Positions 52,745 to 61,870 of a DNA stretch of 64,000 bases are shown one piece after another. The notes under the pieces were generated by a model. That model saw nothing but the letters and a program-made list of their open reading frames with translations. It was not told the DNA's origin and made no database searches. A program made the position numbers and the translations under genes. The stretch is from Desulfobacteraceae bacterium. Its GTDB lineage: Bacteria > Desulfobacterota > Desulfobacteria > Desulfobacterales > JAABSP01. Position 1 is the stretch's first letter. Every line of letters starts with the position of its first letter. Location of the stretch: NCBI GenBank assembly GCA_011390065.1, contig JAABTD010000002.1, positions 21,854-85,853 of the forward strand, in the 5' to 3' direction.

Positions 52745-53355
52745 ACCCCATTCACCATCTCGCAGACCAGTTCCGCCGCCATGTCGAGGTCCATTTTCGA
52801 CTGGTTGAGCACCAGGTTGTAATGGGTGGCGTCGTCGTAGTCTCCTCTTTTGAAGAGGCGCATCAGCGCTTCCCGCCTTTCTCCCTGCTTGTCCACCGCC
52901 TCCCGGGCTTTTTCCGGGGACAACCCGTACTGGTCCTGCATGAACCGGATCCGATCCTCCCGTTCCGCCACCAGCAACACATGATAGGTATCCGGCCGGC
53001 CCTTCAAAACAAACTGGGCGCCCCGCCCCAGGATGATCATGTTTCCCTCGTCGGCCACTTCGGGAAGGATTTTGTTGAGCAAATCGATGTAGATCCCCCC
53101 GTCCATGTAATTCCGGTTCTCATCCATGACATGGTCAATGAACCGCTGCCGCGTCAGGAAATTGGAGGCCCGTGTCAGCAATCCCCTCCCCTCGTTTTCA
53201 AAAGCGCTCACGACGTCGGACGACACCTTGGCTTGTTCCGCCAGCTTTTCGATGACCTCTTCATGGGCGATCTTGTAGTTGAGCTTGTCCGATACTTTCT
53301 GGGCCAGTGTCTTTCCGCCGGCGCCGAACTGTCTGGAGATGGTGATGACTGACAT
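52741..53355 (-). CDS. Cytidylate-kinase-like family protein
   Basis: 204 aa with the opening ITISRQFGAGGKTLAQKVSDKLNY, typical of this AAA-like family. Confidence 0.8.
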   Translation of the reverse strand: MSVITISRQFGAGGKTLAQKVSDKLNYKIAHEEVIEKLAEQAKVSSDVVSAFENEGRGLLTRASNFLTRQRFIDHVMDENRNYMDGGIYIDLLNKILPEVADEGNMIILGRGAQFVLKGRPDTYHVLLVAEREDRIRFMQDQYGLSPEKAREAVDKQGERREALMRLFKRGDYDDATHYNLVLNQSKMDLDMAAELVCEMVNGV

Positions 53356-53477
53356 GAAACGCCTCCTTGCTCATCAGAATGGTTGTTGGATGCGACGTCG
53401 CCGTGTGGCGTCAAAGGTGATCCATTCTCTGTTTTTTAGCAATATTCGGCGAGAATGTAAAGCGGACTTTCATCCAT

Positions 53478-55433
53478 TCAATCCTCCTGCAATTCCTTCA
53501 AATCAGCGTAATAATCCAGCACCTCCGGATTCCGGAGCGCATCCTTGTTCAGCACCGTCTTTCCCTCGATCACCTTCTTGACCGCAAGTTCCACCTTCTT
53601 CATGTTGAGGGTGTAGGGAATGTCGGGAACTTCGATGATCTTGGCCGGCACATGACGGGGCGAGGCGTTGCTCCGGATGGTGGATCGAATTCGGTTTTTG
53701 AGATCGTCATTCAGCTCGCACCCCGGCATCAGTTTAACGAAGAGCGCCACCCGGACGTCGTTCTGCCATGGCTGGCCGATGACCAGGCTGTCCTCGATCT
53801 CGTCGAGCTGCTCCACCTGCCGGTAGATTTCGGCGGTGCCGATCCGCACGCCGCCGGGATTGAGGGTGGCGTCGGACCGGCCGTAGATGGTCACGCCGCC
53901 GCGCTCGCTGATCTCAATATAGTCGCCGTGGCGCCAGACCCCCGGATAGACATCGAAATAGGCATCGTGGTATTTCTTGCCGTCGGGATCATCCCAGAAA
54001 TAGATGGGCATGGAGGGAAACGGCTTGGTGCAGACCAGCTCGCCCTGCTCGCCGATGACGGGCTCACCGTTTTCATTGAATGCTTCCACCGCCATGGCCA
54101 GCCCCCGACACTGGAGTTCTCCGGAATAGACCGGTCCCATGGGGTTGCCCAGGGCGAAACAGCCGTTGAGGTCGGTGCCGCCGGAGATAGAGGCCAATTG
54201 GAGGTCTTGCTTAATGTCCCGGTAAACGAACTCGAATCCTTCGATGGAAAGCGGCGATCCGGTGGAAAGCACAGCCCGCAGCGGGCTCAGATCGTATTCC
54301 CTGCCGGGCTTCACACCGGCGGCTTCCAGAGCCGACAAGTAGCCCGCACTGGTCCCGAACACGCTGATCTTCAGGTCCTGGGCCATTTCCCACAGGGCCC
54401 CCGGGTGGGGATGGAAGGGGTTGCCGTCGAAAAGGACCAGGGTCGCGCCGGTCCCCAATGAAGAGGTGAGCCAGTTCCACATCATCCATCCGCAGGTGGT
54501 GAAATAAAAGATCGTATCGTCCCGGGTCAGATCGGTGTGGAGCATCAGCTCTTTAAGATGATGGATCAGGATGCCGCCGGCGCTCTGCACCATGCATTTG
54601 GGCAGGCCGGTAGTGCCCGAAGAGTACATGATGTAAAGAGGATGGTCGAAGGGAAGCTGGGCGAATTCGATCTCCAGCTCCGATTCGGACGCCTTGAAAT
54701 CGTCGTACATCACCGCGTTGGGAACCTTGCCGACGTCCGGCGCATCCTCGGTGTAGGGGACCACCACCACCTTTTCCACGGAATCGATCTGCTTGAGGAT
54801 GTCGGCGATCCGGCCCAAAGAATCGAGTTTCTTCCCTTTAAAGGAATAGCCGTTGGCGGTGAACAGCACACGGGGACGGATCTGGCCGAACCGATCCAGG
54901 ACGCCTTTGATGCCGAAGTCGGGCGAACAGGAAGACCAGGCGGCGCCAATGCTGGCGGCCGCCAGCATGGCAATGATGGTCTCGGGCATGTTGGGCATGA
55001 ACCCCACGACCCGGTCGCCGGGCGCGATTCCCATATCCCGCAGCGACTTGGCGACGCGGGCCGCTTCATCATACAGCTGCCTGTAGGTCAGAAACCGGGG
55101 CGCCATGCCCTCCCCTTTGAAGGCGATGGCGGTGTGATCGTCCCGATGCCGCAGCAGATTTTCAGCGAAATTAAGTTTCGCGCCCCCGAACCATCTGGCG
55201 CCGGGCATCTTGTTGACGTCGTCAATGACCGCCGAACAGGGCGCCGACGCCTGAATTTCGGCGAAGTCCCACATCTCGGCCCAGAAATCGGGAATGTTTT
55301 CCACGGACCACGCATACAGGTCGCTGTAGGATTTGAAGTCCTTGCCGAACTTGCCGTTGATCCGGGTCATGAACCGATACATGTTGGTCGCTTTAACCCG
55401 CTCCCCGGAAGGCGTCCAGAGCAGCTTGCCCAT
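53478..55433 (-). CDS. Acetoacetate-CoA ligase (acetoacetyl-CoA synthetase)
   Basis: 651 aa with the N-terminal LWTPS...ATNMYRFM...FWAEMWDF signature, AMP-binding YSSGTTGLPK, and YGRSDATLNPGGVRIGTAEIY. Confidence 0.92.
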   Translation of the reverse strand: MGKLLWTPSGERVKATNMYRFMTRINGKFGKDFKSYSDLYAWSVENIPDFWAEMWDFAEIQASAPCSAVIDDVNKMPGARWFGGAKLNFAENLLRHRDDHTAIAFKGEGMAPRFLTYRQLYDEAARVAKSLRDMGIAPGDRVVGFMPNMPETIIAMLAAASIGAAWSSCSPDFGIKGVLDRFGQIRPRVLFTANGYSFKGKKLDSLGRIADILKQIDSVEKVVVVPYTEDAPDVGKVPNAVMYDDFKASESELEIEFAQLPFDHPLYIMYSSGTTGLPKCMVQSAGGILIHHLKELMLHTDLTRDDTIFYFTTCGWMMWNWLTSSLGTGATLVLFDGNPFHPHPGALWEMAQDLKISVFGTSAGYLSALEAAGVKPGREYDLSPLRAVLSTGSPLSIEGFEFVYRDIKQDLQLASISGGTDLNGCFALGNPMGPVYSGELQCRGLAMAVEAFNENGEPVIGEQGELVCTKPFPSMPIYFWDDPDGKKYHDAYFDVYPGVWRHGDYIEISERGGVTIYGRSDATLNPGGVRIGTAEIYRQVEQLDEIEDSLVIGQPWQNDVRVALFVKLMPGCELNDDLKNRIRSTIRSNASPRHVPAKIIEVPDIPYTLNMKKVELAVKKVIEGKTVLNKDALRNPEVLDYYADLKELQED

Positions 55434-55471
55434 CGTTTTTCCCTCCCTGTTTTAATGTTGGCTGGTGTGCG

Positions 55472-56110
55472 TCAACCTTCGTACAACACCGCCAGAATGG
55501 TGGCGGTCGTTTCCTTGGCCGCGATCAAATGAGGCGTGGTGGACAGATAATAGGCGCTGTCGCCCGGTTCCAGCTCGAACCGCTCGTCGCCGATTTTGAG
55601 CAGCGCCGTCCCTTCCAGAACGAAGATGAACTCCTCACCGTCGTGAAGAGAGGTCTCCTCGTCAGGGCTTTCTTCGAGTTGCACCATAAGGGCTTCCATG
55701 TGGCGGCCCTTCACGTCCGGGGCCAGGCTCTTGTAGGTGTAAAGCTGTCGCTGCCCCTTCTGAGTCGTGGAACGGGAAATGCTTTTCCGCTCCGTTTTCC
55801 GGGTGATGGTGTAAGGTTTGTCCCCGGCGCCGGAGATCAATCGGCCGAAGGCCCCGTCCAAAGCCTTTGAGAGCTTCATCACCGTGCCCAGCTGGGGCTG
55901 AACGTCATTGGTTTCAATGCGGGAGAGAAGATCCACGCCGTATCCGGTCACTTCGGCCAGGGCCTCCAGGGAGAGCCCCCGTTCTTCCCTCAAGGTTCGG
56001 ATTCGCTTGCCGATCTCCGGCACGGACGATGATTTGCCCTCGGTGAGGTCGCCGGTGAGGTCTTCAAAATAATCAACATTGATATGGGGTTTCTGGTTTT
56101 TGGGTTCCAT
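55472..56110 (-). CDS. XRE-family HTH regulator with C-terminal cupin domain
   Basis: HTH IGKRIRTLREERGLSLEALAEVTG and cupin GEEFIFVLEGTALLKIGDERFELEPGDSAYY. Confidence 0.85.
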   Translation of the reverse strand: MEPKNQKPHINVDYFEDLTGDLTEGKSSSVPEIGKRIRTLREERGLSLEALAEVTGYGVDLLSRIETNDVQPQLGTVMKLSKALDGAFGRLISGAGDKPYTITRKTERKSISRSTTQKGQRQLYTYKSLAPDVKGRHMEALMVQLEESPDEETSLHDGEEFIFVLEGTALLKIGDERFELEPGDSAYYLSTTPHLIAAKETTATILAVLYEG

Positions 56111-56183
56111 GATGGGCTCCTGACATGGGTGCGGACCTGTCCGGAGAACAGCGCCTCCGGACAGCCGCGGAAGGGTTATCGGT

Positions 56184-57350
56184 TTAGGGCCGGTATTGCT
56201 CCGGCAGCATGGCTTTGGCCCCCCACCCCTCGGGCAGTTTCTGATCCGCCGCTTCCCCCAGCTTCTGCTTCATCTTCTTCAAGCCGGGACGGGCGAATTT
56301 GGGATGTCCTTCCTTGAGCGTCCGGCCATTGATGGCCGCCTCGGATCGGAGTCGCCGGCCGATGGTTCTTTCCATCTGGCGTCCCAGCCACAGGATTCGA
56401 TCCACGTCGCAGCCATGCTCGATGCCCATCTCGTCGATCTGCACCAGCATATCTTCAAGGCACGTCAGTCCCACATAACGCGGGTCTTCGTAGTAGTACT
56501 CACCGGTGCCCGGAACGGGGCTGTCGTCCAGGAAGTTGGCCGGCTGGCCGCCCAGGCCGCCCAGGGTGGCTTCGAAATTCGTGATGCCCGCCTGGAGGGT
56601 CGCCAGCACCGATGCCGACGCCACCCGCTTGGTCTCGTGGAAATGGGCGATGTGGAGGCTGGTGTCCGGCATCTCGTCCAGGATCATGGAAAAATACCGG
56701 TAAACCTCCGGCGCCGAGGCGCTGCCGTCATGATCGGCGTGTTCGATGTCGTGGGCGCCGATCTCCAGCCACCGTTTGGTGAACTCTATGGCATCCTTCA
56801 GATCCGTGGCTCCGCCGATGGGAGAACCCCAGATGGTGGAGACGGTGCCGCACATCTTGATGCCGGCGTCCGTGCATTTCTTGATGCACCGCTCGGCCTC
56901 TTTCCAGTACTCGGGCAGGGTGGCGCCGGAGTTGGCGAAGTGATGGGCTTCCTCTGTGGAGACCATCATCAGAATCCGGTCGGGGCCGATCCCCTGTTCC
57001 TTGAGCCGGATGGCCCGGTCCACCGCGCCTTCCCGTATGGTGATGCACGTCAGGGTGATATCGTTGTAATCGACCCCTTTCTTGGCGCAGCGGTTTTTGA
57101 ACCGATCGCTGCGCAAATGGGTCAGCAGTTCTTCGGCGTCCTCGAATTGGGGCATCAGGTAAGGGTTGCCCAGGTTGGTGACTTCGATGTTCCGGCAGCC
57201 GGCAAAGATCAGTTCGTCCAGATAGAACTTCTTGGCCCGGGTGGAGATGAACTTCTCCTCGTGCTGAAATCCGTCCCGCACCGTGATGTCGCCGATGGTG
57301 ACCTTCTTCGGCATCCGCGGAAAAATCTTCCAGTAATCGTATTCCGTCAT
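56184..57350 (-). CDS. HMGL-like (DRE-TIM) lyase/aldolase, HMG-CoA-lyase family with C-terminal extension
   Basis: Start at the ATG at 57350 (AAGGAG upstream). VTIGDITVRDGFQHEE, HFHETKR metal ligands and a C-terminal extension of about 90 aa. Confidence 0.8.
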   Translation of the reverse strand: MTEYDYWKIFPRMPKKVTIGDITVRDGFQHEEKFISTRAKKFYLDELIFAGCRNIEVTNLGNPYLMPQFEDAEELLTHLRSDRFKNRCAKKGVDYNDITLTCITIREGAVDRAIRLKEQGIGPDRILMMVSTEEAHHFANSGATLPEYWKEAERCIKKCTDAGIKMCGTVSTIWGSPIGGATDLKDAIEFTKRWLEIGAHDIEHADHDGSASAPEVYRYFSMILDEMPDTSLHIAHFHETKRVASASVLATLQAGITNFEATLGGLGGQPANFLDDSPVPGTGEYYYEDPRYVGLTCLEDMLVQIDEMGIEHGCDVDRILWLGRQMERTIGRRLRSEAAINGRTLKEGHPKFARPGLKKMKQKLGEAADQKLPEGWGAKAMLPEQYRP

Positions 57351-57413
57351 AGTATGTCGCTCCTTTGGTGGATATGGGGGGCGTTTCGGCGGAATTCGCG
57401 AACGCCGCAATTG

Positions 57414-58196
57414 CTATTTGCCTTTGTAAACCGGCTTCCGTTTTTCCCGGAAGGCGGCCAGTCCTTCCAGACGATCCTCGGTGGGGATGGTGACCCAGTA
57501 GGCGTTGGATTCGATGGCCAGCCCCGTGTTGAGGTCCGTTTCGATCCCGTGGTTGATGGCGTATTTGACTTGTTCGATGGCGATGGGACCGGTCTCGCAG
57601 ATCATGGCGGCCATTTCCCGGCATTTGTCAACGAGACTTCCGGGTTCGCAGACCTGATTGACCAGCCCGATGGAAAGGGCCTCGTCGGCGGACACCCGCC
57701 GACCGGTGAAGATCAGCTCCTTGGCCTTTCCTCTTCCCACCAGCCGCGGCAGCCGCTGGGTGCCGCCGGCCCCGGGGATAATGGCCAACCGGGTTTCAGT
57801 CAATCCCATGGAAGCGTTGCTGGAAGCGATCCGGATGTCGCTGGCCAGGGCCAGTTCGGTGCCCCCGCCCAGGGCCACGCCGTTGACCCCCGCGATGACC
57901 GGCTTGTTCAAATTTTCGATGGTCGAAAACAGGTTCCGAATGGTGAAGATGTACAACTTAACCTGCTCGGGAGACAGCGTGCGCCGCTCCTTGAGATCCG
58001 CCCCGGAACAGAAGGCCTTTTCACCGGCGCCCGTGATGATCAGAACCCGGACATCGGTTCGGAACCGGAGCCCCTCCACTTCGTCCCGAAGCGCATGGAG
58101 CAGGGCGAAATTGAAGGAATTCATCACCTCGGGTCGGTTCAAGGTCAGCAGGACCACCCCGTCTGTTTCTTCCCGCAGCAGCATGTCGTCGGTCAT
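57414..58196 (-). CDS. Enoyl-CoA hydratase/isomerase (crotonase) family
   Basis: Start at the ATG at 58196. LTLNRPEVMNSFN, FCSGADLKER and GGGTELALASD. Confidence 0.9.
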   Translation of the reverse strand: MTDDMLLREETDGVVLLTLNRPEVMNSFNFALLHALRDEVEGLRFRTDVRVLIITGAGEKAFCSGADLKERRTLSPEQVKLYIFTIRNLFSTIENLNKPVIAGVNGVALGGGTELALASDIRIASSNASMGLTETRLAIIPGAGGTQRLPRLVGRGKAKELIFTGRRVSADEALSIGLVNQVCEPGSLVDKCREMAAMICETGPIAIEQVKYAINHGIETDLNTGLAIESNAYWVTIPTEDRLEGLAAFREKRKPVYKGK

Positions 58197-58209
58197 GGGT
58201 TCTTCCTTA

Positions 58210-59889
58210 CTAGGCGGTTTGAATGGTTGCATCCGATTCCCTGCCCAATTCCTGGGTGGCCATCTCCCGCAGCTTGTATTTCTGAATCTTGCCGCTGGCC
58301 GTGGTGGGATAGCCTTCCACAAACAGGAAAAAAGCGGGGATCTTGTGAAATGCGATCTTGTCTTTGCAAAATGCTCTCATCTCTTCATCGCCGGCCCGCT
58401 TGCCGTTTTTCATTTGAATGAACGCAGCCACCTCTTCGCCGTATTTGCGGGACGGGACCCCCACTACCTGAACGTCCTTGATATCGGGGTGGGTGTAGAG
58501 AAATTCCTCGATTTCCCGGGGGTAAATGTTCTCGCCGCCCCGAATGATCATGTCCTTGATCCGGCCGGTGATCCGGCAGTAGTCGTCCTCGTCCATGATC
58601 GCCAAATCGCCGGTGTGGAGCCAACCGTCTTCATCGATGGCCGCTTCGGTGGCTTCGGGCATCTTGTAGTAGCCCTTCATCACATGATAGCCCCGGGTGC
58701 AGAGTTCGCCCTGGGTGTTCCGGGGCACTTCTTCGCCGGTGGCCTCGTTGACGATCTTGACCTCAACATTGGGCAGGGCCCGGCCCACGGTGGAAACCCG
58801 GCGCTCCAGGGAATCATCGGGCCGGGTCTGGGTAATCCCCGGCGAGGCCTCGGTCTGGCCGTAGACGATGGTCATTTCCGTCGCGCCCATAAGGTTTACC
58901 ACCTGTTTCATCACCTCGATGGGACACGGCGAACCGGCCATGATGCCCGTTCGCAAGGAGGACGTGTCATAAGATTTTTTCTCCATTTCTTCCAGCTCGG
59001 CGATAAACATGGTGGGCACGCCATGGAGGGCGGTGCACTTGCCGGCCTCGACGGCTTCCAGCACGTCTTCGGGTTTGAACGCCGCCACCGGCGACATGGC
59101 CGTGGCCGAAACCACGCAGGTAAGGGTTCCCAGCACGCATCCAAAACAGTGGAAAAACGGCACCGGGATGCAGAGGTTGTCCCCGGCCGACAGGTTCATG
59201 CACTCGGCGAGGGACTTGGCGTTGCCGATGATGTTGGTGTGAGTGAGCATGACGCCCTTGGGAAATCCCGTGGTCCCGGAGGTGTATTGCATATTGATCA
59301 CATCGTCAGGATCAAGGGAGTTCTGACGGGCCCTGAGCTGATCGTCGGTGACGGATTTGCCCATTTCAATGAGGTCGTCCCAGTTGAACATGCCGGGATG
59401 GCGGTCTTTCCCGAGAAAAACGACGTTTTTCAGCAGGGGCAGCCGTTCGCTTTCCAGTTTGCCTGGCGCGCAGGTCTTGAGTTCCGGACAGACGTCGTAA
59501 ATCACCCGGAGATAGTCTTCCTCGTCCCGGATCCCGCCGATGAGCAACAGGGTGGTGGCGTCGGACTGCTTCATCAAATATTCCAGCTCGAAGGACCGGT
59601 AGTTGGTGTTGACCGTTACCAGCACGGCGCCCATCTTGCCGGTGGAAAACTGGGTATAGAGCCATTGAGGCACGTTGTTGGCCCAGATGGCGATGTGTTC
59701 GCCCTTTTCGATGCCCAGGGCCATGAACCCCTTGGCCGCGTCATTGCAGACCCCCCGGAATTCGCGGTAATTATAATTGATGCCCAGCTTGTGGTATTCC
59801 ACGGCTTTGCAGTCCCCGAATTCCTCGGCTACGGTGTCGACCAATTGCCCGATCGTGGTCTCCCCAACCGTGAACTGTGGTAACTTCAT
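58210..59889 (-). CDS. AMP-dependent acyl-CoA synthetase/ligase
   Basis: Start at the ATG at 59889 (AGGAGG upstream). YTSGTTGFPKGV, YGQTE, TGDLA and GRIKD. Confidence 0.9.
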   Translation of the reverse strand: MKLPQFTVGETTIGQLVDTVAEEFGDCKAVEYHKLGINYNYREFRGVCNDAAKGFMALGIEKGEHIAIWANNVPQWLYTQFSTGKMGAVLVTVNTNYRSFELEYLMKQSDATTLLLIGGIRDEEDYLRVIYDVCPELKTCAPGKLESERLPLLKNVVFLGKDRHPGMFNWDDLIEMGKSVTDDQLRARQNSLDPDDVINMQYTSGTTGFPKGVMLTHTNIIGNAKSLAECMNLSAGDNLCIPVPFFHCFGCVLGTLTCVVSATAMSPVAAFKPEDVLEAVEAGKCTALHGVPTMFIAELEEMEKKSYDTSSLRTGIMAGSPCPIEVMKQVVNLMGATEMTIVYGQTEASPGITQTRPDDSLERRVSTVGRALPNVEVKIVNEATGEEVPRNTQGELCTRGYHVMKGYYKMPEATEAAIDEDGWLHTGDLAIMDEDDYCRITGRIKDMIIRGGENIYPREIEEFLYTHPDIKDVQVVGVPSRKYGEEVAAFIQMKNGKRAGDEEMRAFCKDKIAFHKIPAFFLFVEGYPTTASGKIQKYKLREMATQELGRESDATIQTA

Positions 59890-59903
59890 GCTTTTTTGTC
59901 CTC

Positions 59904-61085
59904 CTAACATCCAATGTATCTCGAAATGACCAGCCGCTGGACCTCGGACGTGCCTTCGCCGATGTCCAGCAGCTTCTGATCGCGGTAGAACCGCTCCACA
60001 TGATAGTCTTTCATCAATCCGTAGCCGCCGTGGATCTGGACGGCATGATTGACGACGCGGCCCATGAGTTCCGAGCAATAGAGCTTGCCCATGGCCGCTT
60101 CCCTTTCAAAGGGGCGGTTATTGTTGCGCAACCAGCAGGCTTTGTAAAGCAAATTCCGGGCGCATTCGATCTCCATGGCGCAGTCGGCCAGCTTGAAGGC
60201 CACCGCCTGGAACTTGCTGATGGGCTGACCGAACTGCTCCCGTTTTTTAGCGTATTTCAAAGCCATCTCGTAGGCGCCCTGGGCGCCGCCCAGTCCCATG
60301 GCCCCGATGGACAACCGGCCGCCGTCCAGGGTCTTGAGCATCTGGTGGAAACCGTCGCCCTGATTTCCCAGAATGTTTTCGGCCGGAACCCGGACATCGT
60401 CGAAATACAGTTCGGCGGTGTTGGAAGAGCGCCACATCATTTTGCCGTGCATCGCCACCTGCTTGAACCCCTTCATGCCGGGTTCCACGATGAAGCAGGT
60501 GTACTCCGGCTTGCCGTTGGGACGGGTTCCCGTGATCGCCTGGACGGTCACGCCCAGCGTCATCTCGCAGGCGGCGTTGGTGATGAAGATCTTGGAGCCG
60601 TTGATCACCCACTCGTTGCCGTCCCTGACCGCTGTGGTTTTGGATCCGCCGGCATCGGAACCGGCGGTGGGTTCGGTGAGACCGAATCCCCACAGGGCTT
60701 CGCCCCGGCAAAGGGGGGGCAGGTATTTTTTCTTCTGCGCCTCACTGCCGAAATAATAAAGCGGACCGATGCCCAGGGAGTTGCCGGCCGCAACAGTGGC
60801 GGCTTGGGAGCCGTCCATCCGGGCGACCTCCTCCACGGCAATAATATAGGAAAGGTAGTCCATGCCCTGGCCGTCATATTTTTCCGACACGAACATGCCG
60901 AACAGGCCGATCTCCCCCATTTTTTGGGTCAATTCCGCTGAAAACCGCTCTTCTTCGTCCAGTTCTATGGCCACCGGCAATATCTCGCTCTGGGCGAATT
61001 TGCGAACCTCTTTGCGGATCATCTCCTGTTCTTTGGTTAGATCAAAATCCACGGCGCCTCCTTCAATGATTTCAGGGATCGGCAA
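59904..61085 (-). CDS. Acyl-CoA dehydrogenase
   Basis: 393 aa with GLTEPTAGSD, the NGSKIFITN motif, a QIHGGYG region and the catalytic-Glu context IGEGTSEVQ. Confidence 0.93.
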   Translation of the reverse strand: MPIPEIIEGGAVDFDLTKEQEMIRKEVRKFAQSEILPVAIELDEEERFSAELTQKMGEIGLFGMFVSEKYDGQGMDYLSYIIAVEEVARMDGSQAATVAAGNSLGIGPLYYFGSEAQKKKYLPPLCRGEALWGFGLTEPTAGSDAGGSKTTAVRDGNEWVINGSKIFITNAACEMTLGVTVQAITGTRPNGKPEYTCFIVEPGMKGFKQVAMHGKMMWRSSNTAELYFDDVRVPAENILGNQGDGFHQMLKTLDGGRLSIGAMGLGGAQGAYEMALKYAKKREQFGQPISKFQAVAFKLADCAMEIECARNLLYKACWLRNNNRPFEREAAMGKLYCSELMGRVVNHAVQIHGGYGLMKDYHVERFYRDQKLLDIGEGTSEVQRLVISRYIGC

Positions 61086-61165
61086 GCAGCGCTTACCGAC
61101 CGGTCGTTAGGCAACTGGTTTTTTGTTATGGACCTGCCGGAACCGGAATGTCAAGAGAAAAACCA

Positions 61166-61783
61166 TCATCCGCTTAAGGCGGCCACTGGCGGCCTCAGCA
61201 CCGCACCCTCCGCCTGTTTGAGCCCGCTGATGATGAAGTTTTCATAGATGAGGGCAATCTCATCCACATTCAGCCGTCCATCCGGCTTGAACCATGAGGC
61301 GCCGGCGGTGCAGAGCGTCAGGATAGCGTAGGAGAGAATCTTCACATCGACCACTGCGAAGGCGCCGTCGTCGATCCCCCGGCGAATCAGGTCCTGGAAG
61401 ATCCGTTCGTAGGCATCCCGCATCCGGACAATGGCCCGGAAATTCTGCGAAGACAACCCCCGCAGCTCACTGTTGGCGATGAAGTTCTCTTTCTGCCGGG
61501 TCAGGTGAAACCCCACATGCCCCCGGATCGCCACCCGCAGCCGCTCTTCCACATCCGACACCCCTTCCAGGGTCTCGCGGATATAAACCGTGAGATCATC
61601 CATGGTCGTCTCCAGGATGGAAAAAAGCAGGTCCTCTTTGCTCGCATAATGATAATAGATGCTGGCCTTCTGGATGCCGCTGCCCCGGGCGATGTCGCTG
61701 ATGGCGGTGGCGTAATATCCTTTGCGGTAGAACAGATCGGTCGCGACGGACTTGATGGTCGCTTTCATTTTCGTGGCGGGCAT
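61166..61783 (-). CDS. TetR-family transcriptional regulator
   Basis: Start taken at the ATG at 61783. HTH ATDLFYRKGYYATAISDIARGSGIQKASIYYHYASKEDL. Confidence 0.85.
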   Translation of the reverse strand: MPATKMKATIKSVATDLFYRKGYYATAISDIARGSGIQKASIYYHYASKEDLLFSILETTMDDLTVYIRETLEGVSDVEERLRVAIRGHVGFHLTRQKENFIANSELRGLSSQNFRAIVRMRDAYERIFQDLIRRGIDDGAFAVVDVKILSYAILTLCTAGASWFKPDGRLNVDEIALIYENFIISGLKQAEGAVLRPPVAALSG

Positions 61784-61870
61784 GGAGCGGCTCCTGGCGT
61801 GACAATGGCAATGGCCTACCGTCCGGTCGGCAGATGACATCCCAAGTTTTTCACAGGGTCGGGGGCGTTG

